Under the pieces are notes generated by a model, which did no database searches, was not told where the DNA came from, and worked only from the letters and a program-made list of their open reading frames with translations. Of a DNA stretch of 64,000 nt, positions 58,501 through 64,000 are shown piece by piece. The DNA comes from Auanema rhodensis (taxonomy: Eukaryota; Animalia; Nematoda), in the NCBI GenBank assembly GCA_964057225.1, contig OZ059898.1, positions 4,216,001-4,280,000 of the forward strand, in the 5' to 3' direction. Position 1 is the first letter of the stretch. Each line of letters opens with the position of its first letter. The position numbers and the translations under genes are program-made.

Positions 58501-59646
58501 AATTATTCCTTCTCCTTGATATAAGATATCATTTAAAGATTTAGAACCTTTCGTTTTACTCGATGCATTCAATACTACCCTCAGTTTGGTTGTGTTACTG
58601 CTTAATTTTAGAACAAAATGATGAGGAATATAGTAGGTAAAAAATGGATGACATGTTTTTGGGGCTATTTCAAGAATTTTTGATCTTAATTGTTCTTTGA
58701 TTGTGTCATCATAGATCTTTAAAACATCTTGCTTATTTTCTAAGCTTTTAATTAGACCTTTCAAACAACCAAAGCTTTTTCCAAAGTTGTTATTAATTGA
58801 TTGGATATTTGCTTTTATAGGGAATGCAACGGTAACTCTACCATTCTGAATATTTACATTATCATGGAAATGTTTCCAAGCAATTTCATCTTCCTTTTTT
58901 CTCAAAATTTCTTTAGTGTCCTTTTCAGGTTTTTTGAGTTTAATTCCTGTTAAAAAACATTTCAGATCTTTATTAAGTTCCTGACTTTCTTCCGTTTTTA
59001 TTGTTCCACATATTATTGGGTTAATTTTAGTTGGTAGAACTATTAAACCTGATTTTAAAATTAAAGATTTGAAATTTTTAGGAATAATATTGAAGTAGTT
59101 ATCCATTCCGATTAGTATATCCGGTTCGATTCTCGTTTTTCCAATAAAAAATTCAAAAACACTTTCTTCTAAATTTAATTCGTCATGAGACTCTTTCAGT
59201 TTATGATTTTTGTTATTTATGGCCTCATTAGCATATTCACCTATTTCATTTTTGTCTGCTGAAGCCTGTTTTTTTGCTTGCGTATCAATTAGCATAATTT
59301 CGTTTAAGTCTTCATGACTTAATTCTGGTATACAAATTTCATCTGTAATTATTGGAATAGTTAAAACATTGATATTTACATTTGACATATCTAAACAAGT
59401 TACTTTTGAATTATACACTGTTTCTTTATTTCCGATTGTTCCAATTGGAATTTTTTCGTGAGATAAAGTCTTTAAATTTAAACTATTTGCTATTTCTTCT
59501 CTAATAAATGATTTTTGTGAGCATGAGTCAAAAATGACTGTTAAATGTTTATTTTTTACTTTAAAAATTGATATAAAAAATGTATTTTCTTGATCTAAAA
59601 CACTACTATTATTTGAAACTAGTGATTTTATACTAATTTTATTCAT
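55525..59646 (-). CDS. pol: BEL/Pao Pol polyprotein (aspartic protease, RT, RNase H, integrase)
   Basis: Protease FDSCSQKSFI and PDILIG. RT: YIPHH, KLRVVLNAS, GDIEKAFHQI, RIPFGVNSSPFLL, YVDN. RNase H: FTDAS, ELSA, TDS, NPADIPTRG. Integrase: HxxxxH..CxxC, GIDYAGP, SDNG, SPWKGGFYERL, NNRPL. The 1373-aa ORF is uninterrupted. Confidence 0.97.
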   Translation of the reverse strand: MNKISIKSLVSNNSSVLDQENTFFISIFKVKNKHLTVIFDSCSQKSFIREEIANSLNLKTLSHEKIPIGTIGNKETVYNSKVTCLDMSNVNINVLTIPIITDEICIPELSHEDLNEIMLIDTQAKKQASADKNEIGEYANEAINNKNHKLKESHDELNLEESVFEFFIGKTRIEPDILIGMDNYFNIIPKNFKSLILKSGLIVLPTKINPIICGTIKTEESQELNKDLKCFLTGIKLKKPEKDTKEILRKKEDEIAWKHFHDNVNIQNGRVTVAFPIKANIQSINNNFGKSFGCLKGLIKSLENKQDVLKIYDDTIKEQLRSKILEIAPKTCHPFFTYYIPHHFVLKLSSNTTKLRVVLNASSKTKGSKSLNDILYQGEGIIPNLIGMLIRLRLTKEFIMGDIEKAFHQIALKNEHRDLTRILWIKDLKQEITNNNLLYLRFTRIPFGVNSSPFLLAASIIYFLKLENRYFNDDLMKNTYVDNIMMKITNENQSLKLYEEIKNLFSKINMNVREFYTNNKEIMGKIPENDKMKDGNMKILGINYNKNEDVFQIKIPEWKNQKITRKNVLSFINSVFDPIGISQPILLKAKLFMKKLWELKNEWNDEIKEKELNAEWQNVIKNVQNTTINIPRQLLVEQNPNEIEYFLFTDASKDVIAAVAYIVEYNNMKEVINVQFLNSKSSTMVEGSIPMKELSAVVLGMKLLRENMKEINVKIEMIKIFTDSQVVLHWIFKNPQKKVYIKNRLEKINLITDEIKNEGKKIEFFYVKSESNPADIPTRGIDEKDEQFEVWKNGPKWIKSKNLYSNHIKSMEEVVNPEILSQKILNFLISSKKPIQYENLDGLVQKYSSFPKFIQIIKNILVFICNSSMKNNCKLSKLLQGLKNSNSESEKTKLTELIIIKLHQEQNIESLEKKKYKCLDIIKDENGILRVRGRIGDKENQKDKYPILIFGKTQYANLFITYMHGLTLHASRNTLISIVRSEFFIIRLKSVINNVNSKCIKCKKLNNRPYKYPNYPQLPEYRINQFKPFENVGIDYAGPLYVSTDTERNKKVWIMLITCLSTRAVYIDIAENCSTNEFILNIRKFFARKRIPKVIISDNGSQFLKSDKVLKTLLEQKAIQWKFITPHSPWKGGFYERLIGITKKYLMKTLENKQVSQKELSTILCEIENIMNNRPLTNLETDFDKIITPLSLEVYHPNNLLPNYENNEQKRNLESNNEIKNWLEVCNKRIENFWLEWSQHYIEELRASNTKFRNENHFSKITPNVGDVVLCEQSNTKRNKWPTAIIEKLILSKDNEIRTAIVRNSDRKTLRKSINHLIPLELNIYSDIYNQKNETSMETLDPETLKEQNKEEKDDTWKNRLRCLERVDYTKYF

Positions 59647-61505
59647 GTATGATCCGCGTTCACTGGGGTGAACCGAAAATTTGTTCTCAAAGGCTCAGAG
59701 TTACCACCTGTTGGTGAAATGTCTTTTTTATCATATCGTTTCTCGTTATTTTGGTAACTTAAGTTTGTTTTATCTCTATATTTTTCTGATTTATTAATCA
59801 TTTCGCTTGTTTCTTGATTTTTTATTTTAAAACAAAGGCTCTCATTGTGATTACCGTTACAATTGCAACATTTGTTACTGGTACATTCAAATGATGAATG
59901 GTTTTGTCTAAAACATATCCAGCATAGTTTATTATTTATTACTACATTTCTCCTTTCTTGAATATTTGTTACTTTTTTACATTTTGCGCTTTCATGATTA
60001 TTCATTTTACAGAATATACACGCTGAAGTTTCTTTTCTGTATGGTTCTTTTTCAAAGGTTAGTTTTTTATTGATATCAACGTTTTTTTCATGATATTTTT
60101 TGTTATATCTATTTGATGAATTAGTGAAAAAATTTAATGTTGGTTTTGTTTCTTCTCTTCTAATGTATTCCTGATTTATAGCAGCAATTGTTGCTTCTAT
60201 TCTTATTTCTATACAATTGAGTATTTCTGAAATGTTTAATCTTCTTTTTTCTACTATTTCAATTTCTGATATTTTTGTATTTATTTCTATATCAAATTTA
60301 CTTTTCACTGTTTCTATAATTTCATCGGTATTAATGTTTTCATATTCTTCTAATGCTGCTAATATTGATTTCATTTTGTAGAAGTTTTCTCGTGTTGCAT
60401 ATGGATTTTCGATTGATCTCCTTATATATTTTAGTTCCTTTTTTAATTCTTTTTTGATTTCATATGGTCGATCAAATGTTTCTTTTACTATTGTTAAAGC
60501 TTTTTCATAATTGTTTGTATCTAGTGATAGATGTGCTATTAATTGTGCGGGGAAACCCTTTAATGATGCTTTTAAGTAATAAAATTTTTCTAAATTCGTT
60601 AAATTTGTGTTATTATGAATAGTTAGCATGAAAATATTATAAAATTCTTTGAATTTTTTGAGATCCCCATCAAATTCTTTAATTTCTATTCTTGGGAGTT
60701 TTTGATATAAAGTATAACTGTGGTTCACTTCATCCCTTTTATTACTGATTTCGAAGTTTGATCGAGGAATTGAATTGTTGTATTGGGTATTCTCAAATCG
60801 AGTAGGTGTAAGCATTCCAACATCCACGTTATTTTTAAAATTTTTTGATAACAATTCTAACTTCTGTGACAACTCGTTTATTTTTTCAGTTAGAATTATA
60901 TCTGGTTGCGATGTTTTGATATTTCTTGCTTTTCTTCTACTATAAGAAAGTGTATCTTCCATTCTATGTAGTGAACTTCCTGATATCTTATTTCTGGGTG
61001 TGAATCTGTTAGATAAACGTTCATACTCAGACTCTAAATCGCTCTCATTTGAAAATTGAGTATCGTCTTCAGAAAAATTTGAATATTCTGATCTTAAATT
61101 TTCTTTTTCAATTGCTTTAAGAAAATCTTCTTCAATATTGTTGAAATGTTTCATATTCATTTTTATTTCTTCATGAATTATATTTTTCGAATTATTTCCG
61201 ATTAACTCTTTAAATTCCTCTATTTCTTCTTTTATAGCTATCCAATTTTCAATAATTATGGATTTTTTTAGTTTTTCTTTGATATCTTCAAATACTTCAT
61301 CATTTTTCAAAATTACAGATCTCTCCATAAGATTGTTAAAAGAAGAAATATAATCTCTGAATTTAATCAAACTTTTATCTTTTATTCTTTCAGATTCTTC
61401 AAGAATATGAATTATTTCTTCTCTTTTTGCTAGAGTAGTATTGATCCTTCTTTGAATACCTGATATTATTACTTTTGCCTCAATTTTCTGATGATATAAA
61501 CTCAT
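59643..61505 (-). CDS. gag: BEL/Pao Gag
   Basis: KLPRIEIKEFDGD...EKFYYLKASLKG (DUF1759-like) and three knuckles CIFCKMNNHESAKC, CWICFRQNHSSFEC and CCNCNGNHNESLC. Confidence 0.95.
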   Translation of the reverse strand: MSLYHQKIEAKVIISGIQRRINTTLAKREEIIHILEESERIKDKSLIKFRDYISSFNNLMERSVILKNDEVFEDIKEKLKKSIIIENWIAIKEEIEEFKELIGNNSKNIIHEEIKMNMKHFNNIEEDFLKAIEKENLRSEYSNFSEDDTQFSNESDLESEYERLSNRFTPRNKISGSSLHRMEDTLSYSRRKARNIKTSQPDIILTEKINELSQKLELLSKNFKNNVDVGMLTPTRFENTQYNNSIPRSNFEISNKRDEVNHSYTLYQKLPRIEIKEFDGDLKKFKEFYNIFMLTIHNNTNLTNLEKFYYLKASLKGFPAQLIAHLSLDTNNYEKALTIVKETFDRPYEIKKELKKELKYIRRSIENPYATRENFYKMKSILAALEEYENINTDEIIETVKSKFDIEINTKISEIEIVEKRRLNISEILNCIEIRIEATIAAINQEYIRREETKPTLNFFTNSSNRYNKKYHEKNVDINKKLTFEKEPYRKETSACIFCKMNNHESAKCKKVTNIQERRNVVINNKLCWICFRQNHSSFECTSNKCCNCNGNHNESLCFKIKNQETSEMINKSEKYRDKTNLSYQNNEKRYDKKDISPTGGNSEPLRTNFRFTPVNADHT

Positions 61506-61605
61506 TTTTGAATATAATCAACCTTTTATTAATTTAATTAATTTCTTTCTTTTTAATTATTTCTTTATCCTTTTTTTGATTTAATGCGAGCTCAAGATAA
61601 CTTTT

Positions 61606-61617
61606 GCCGATGCACCA
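61606..61617 (-). promoter_or_regulatory. Primer binding site complementary to the tRNA-Gly(GCC) 3' end
   Basis: The minus strand reads TGGTGCATCGGC, starting 7 nt inside the 5' LTR. It is complementary to ...GCCGAUGCACCA, which matches the acceptor end of invertebrate tRNA-Gly(GCC) as I recall it. Confidence 0.8.
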
Positions 61618-61624
61618 CTTTTTA

Positions 61625-61839
61625 TGTCTCAAAATAATAGAAACATATATTTATATATAATGATTTATTTACTTATTATCCGAACAACCGGATGGGTTTG
61701 GTACAACGTATAAGAATAAAATTGGAAAAAGGGTATAAAGAGATCACGTAAATGTTTCACGTAGATTCAACCGATTCCACAATTCAATATCACAAAAAAT
61801 GATCTAAAAAGAACTGATTTTCTGTGAATCCACAGAACA
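61625..61839 (-). repeat. 5' LTR of the BEL/Pao element (215 bp)
   Basis: Direct repeat of 54977-55191; adjacent to the PBS. Confidence 0.97.
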
Positions 61840-64000
61840 ATTATTAACTATAATCAAATAAAAATATTCTGAGGTTGGGTATCCAGATGTGTAGATTCTG
61901 AATTTCTTGGTGAGATTTGGCTGTGACTTTTCAAATTTCAGGAAAAAAGGTTTATATAGACCCTATCCACAAGATTTGTTCACAAAAAAGTTCAGGCTGT
62001 AGGCACGTTGTGTCCGGTGATTGTTCGATTTTGTCAAAGATTATTAACTATAATCAAATAAAAATGTTCACAAGTTGGGTATTCAGATGTGTAGATTCTG
62101 AATTTCTTGGTGAGATTTGGCTGTGACTTTTCAAATTTCAGGAAAAAAGGTTTATATAGACCCTATCCACAAGATTTGTTCACAAAAAAGTTCAGGCTGT
62201 AGGCACGTTGTGTCCGGTGATTGTTCGATTTTGTCAAAGATTATTAACTATAATCAAATAAAAATGTTCACAAGTTGGGTATTCAGATGTGTAGATTCTG
62301 AATTTCTTGGTGAGATTTGGCTGTGACTTTTCAAATTTCAGGAAAAAAGGTTTATATAGACCCCATCCACAAGATTTGTTCACAAAAAAGTTTAGGCTTT
62401 AGGCACGTTGTGTCCGGTGATTGTTCGATTTTGTCAAAGATTATTAACTATAATCAAATAAAAATATTCTGAGGTTGGGTATCCAGATGTGTAGATTCTG
62501 AAATTCTTGGTGAGATTTGGCTGTGACTTTTCAAATTTCAGGAAAAAAGGTTTATATAGACCCCATCCACAAGATTTGTTCACAAAAAAGTTTAGGCTTT
62601 AGGCACGTTGTGTCCGGTGATTGTTCGATTTTGTCAAAGATTATTAACTATAATCAAATAAAAATGTTCACAAGTTAGGTATTCAGATGTGTAGATTCTG
62701 AATTTCTTGGTGAGATTTGGCTGTGACTTTTCAAATTTCAGCAAAAAAGGTTTATATAGACCCTATCCACAAGATTTGTTCACAAAAAAGTTCAGGCTGT
62801 AGGCACGTTGTGTCTGGTGATTGTTCGATTTTGTCAAAGATTATTAACTATAATCAGATAAAAATGTTCACAAGTTGGGTATTCAGATGTGTAGATTCTG
62901 AATTTCTTGGTGAGATTTGGCTGTGACTTTTCAAATTTCAGGAAAAAAGGTTTATATAGACCCCATCCACAAGATTTGTTCACAAAAAAGTTCAGGCTGT
63001 AGGCACGTTGTGTCCGGTGATTGTTCGATTTTGTCAAAGATTATTATTTATAATCAAATAAAAATGTTCACAAGTTAGGTATTCAGATGTGTAGATTCTG
63101 AATTTCTTGGTGAGATTTGGCTGTGACTTTTCAAATTTCAGCAAAAAAGGTTTATATAGACCCTATCCACAAGATTTGTTCACAAAAAAGTTCAGGCTGT
63201 AGGCACGTTGTGTCTGGTGATTGTTCGATTTTGTCAAAGATTATTAACTATAATCAGATAAAAATGTTCACAAGTTGGGTATTCAGATGTGTAGATTCTG
63301 AATTTCTTGGTGAGATTTGGCTGTGACTTTTCAAATTTCAGCAAAAAAGGTTTATATAGACCCTATCCACAAGATTTGTTCACAAAAAAGTTCAGGCTGT
63401 AGGCACGTTGTGTCCGGTGATTGTTCGATTTTGTCAAAGATTATTATTTATAATCAAATAAAAATGTTCACAAGTTAGGTATTCAGATGTGTAGATTCTG
63501 AATTTCTTGGTGAGATTTGGCTGTGACTTTTCAAATTTCAGCAAAAAAGGTTTATATAGACCCTATCCACAAGATTTGTTCACAAAAAAGTTCAGGCTGT
63601 AGGCACGTTGTGTCTGGTGATTGTTCGATTTTGTCAAAGATTATTAACTATAATCAGATAAAAATGTTCACAAGTTGGGTATTCAGATGTGTAGATTCTG
63701 AATTTCTTGGTGAGATTTGGCTGTGACTTTTCAAATTTCAGCAAAAAAGGTTTATATAGACCCTATCCACAAGATTTGTTCACAAAAAAGTTCAGGCTGT
63801 AGGCACGTTGTGTCCGGTGATTGTTCGATTTTGTCAAAGATTATTATTTATAATCAAATAAAAATGTTCACAAGTTAGGTATTCAGATGTGTAGATTCTG
63901 AATTTCTTGGTGAGATTTGGCTGTGACTTTTCAAATTTCAGCAAAAAAGGTTTATATAGACCCTATCCACAAGATTTGTTCACAAAAAAGTTCAGGCTGT
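61840..64000. repeat. 200-bp tandem satellite, segment 3 (~11 monomers, runs off the window)
   Basis: Same monomer and orientation; begins with the second TSD copy ATTAT. Confidence 0.99.

Larger units (their letters stand above)
54977..61839 (-). mobile_element. BEL/Pao LTR retrotransposon, full length (6863 bp), with 5-bp TSD ATTAT (54972-54976 and 61840-61844)
   Basis: Two 215-bp direct repeats with TG...CA ends. gag has three Cys-His knuckles and pol has the order PR-RT-RH-IN with BEL-type YVDN. The satellite register is shifted by 6868 = 6863+5 bp. Confidence 0.98.

Noticed and set aside
12115-63726. About 250 near-identical 67-69 aa ORFs on both strands, chained by stop/start overlaps
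   Set aside because: They start at TTG, track the 200-bp period, are freely broken by common variants on both strands and show no recognisable domain. They are by-products of the satellite.
11778-64000. CRISPR-like array or rDNA/5S/tRNA/histone tandem cluster
   Set aside because: There are no unique spacers and no cas genes, the context is eukaryotic, and the monomer has no recognisable 5S, tRNA or histone sequence.

Overview
Eukaryotic, AT-rich genomic DNA, most likely from a nematode. This is inferred from many 40-60 nt GT..(T)nYAG introns, acceptor-like sites directly before start codons, and the gene families present. The first ~10.4 kb holds four spliced host genes: a 5'-truncated UBA-like protein, DCAF4/WDR21, an NNMT/PNMT-family methyltransferase and a histidine acid phosphatase. 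From ~11.78 kb to the window end runs one head-to-tail 200-bp satellite array (~205 monomers) with variant blocks and local higher-order duplications. Two clean, young retrotransposon insertions interrupt it. (1) A 4448-bp DIRS1-type tyrosine-recombinase element with 175-bp identical ITRs, a 38-bp right extension, an ICR and no TSD. (2) A 6863-bp BEL/Pao LTR element on the minus strand with 215-bp identical LTRs, an ATTAT TSD and a tRNA-Gly PBS. Most notable are a host-style 43-nt spliceosomal intron predicted to fuse gag to RT in the DIRS element, a strand-asymmetric bulged hairpin in its ITR, a -1 slippery site at the BEL gag/pol junction, and a degenerate tandem telomere-like (T)TTAGGC pair in every satellite monomer. 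The ~250 short ORFs inside the array are treated as artefacts.
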